Shown piece by piece: positions 63,291 to 64,000 of a stretch of DNA of 64,000 bases. A model generated the notes under the pieces. It saw nothing but the letters and a program-made list of their open reading frames with translations, did no database searches and had not been told where the DNA came from. The translations under genes and the position numbers were made by a program. Source of the DNA: Heterodontus francisci (taxonomy: Eukaryota); contig NC_090376.1 of NCBI RefSeq assembly GCF_036365525.1, forward strand, positions 61,158,559-61,222,558. The letters run 5' to 3'. Position 1 is the stretch's first letter. Every line of letters starts with the position of its first letter.

Positions 63291-63845
63291 ATTAGGCCGA
63301 ATCGACACGGTTTTACGAAAGGAAAATAAATAGTGTTTGACAAATCTATTATGAGTTTCTGAGGATCTAACTAGCGTGTAGATAAAAGGAGAACCAGTAC
63401 TTGGCTTTTCAAAAGGCATTCGATAAGGTACCACACGAAAGATTGTCATACAAGATAAAGACCCATACTGTTGGAGATAATATATCAACATGGCTAGAGG
63501 ATTGGCTAAAGGACAGAAAACAAACAGTAGGAATTAACCAATCATTTTCAGGTCATCAGGCTGTTACTAGTGTGGGGGGTGAGGACAAAGATCAGTGCTG
63601 GGGCCTCAGCTATTTACAATCTATATTAATGACCTAGAAGAAGGGAACCAAGTGTAATGTATCCAAGTTTGCAGACAAAAAGTCAGGCAGGAAAATAAGC
63701 TGTGTTTCCAAATGAAATCCAGAGATATGGGGATCTGGCAGGAAAATGTTGAAGTTGAATATCAGCCATGATCAAATTGAATGGCAGAGCAAGTTCAAGG
63801 GGCAACATGGCCTAGTCCTGCTCCTATTTTGTAGGTTATGCTCTT
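63291..63845 (+). mobile_element. CR1 continuation after the ERV
   Basis: FQKAFDKVPH motif; CR1 3' tail. Confidence 0.85.
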
Positions 63846-64000
63846 AAAATGTTGATTGCAGTTATGATAACCACAGCAACACAGTTTTAAACAGTCACCT
63901 TTTAACTGCCCATTTCACATAGGCAAGCTGAGACATAGCACCTTCCTAGCCTGAGATCGCTCCATCAAGTAAATCCTCTTCAATCCATTTGCTTTAATGA

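Noticed and set aside
44336-64000. DYNC2H1 exon 1 or promoter
   Set aside because: No sequence encoding the expected N-terminus (...NNFLDDGN...) was found; it probably lies to the right of the window.

Overview
Vertebrate genomic DNA, most likely a shark (cartilaginous fish), judged from its HE1-type V-SINEs, Deu-domain SINEs and abundant CR1 LINEs. The minus strand carries coding exons 2-15 of DYNC2H1 (cytoplasmic dynein-2 heavy chain) at 3572-44335. All have AG/GT borders and splice in frame; exon 1 was not found and probably lies beyond 64000. The introns are filled with nested mobile elements: CR1/L2/Tx1 LINEs, two ~3.9-4 kb two-gene Harbinger transposons, a Penelope element with an inverted partial copy and a hammerhead ribozyme, short hammerhead-bearing inserts, solo LTRs, and a 7.4 kb class I (gamma/epsilon-like) provirus with a tRNA-Ser primer site. 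The most unusual items are an internal spliced SNRPA (U1A) cDNA fragment patched into a CR1 tail without poly(A) or TSD, a -1 slippery heptamer at the provirus gag-pol junction, two Tx1 insertions at one site, and an unexplained ~200 bp element duplicated in two introns. Exon numbering follows my recollection of the human gene; no database searches were run.
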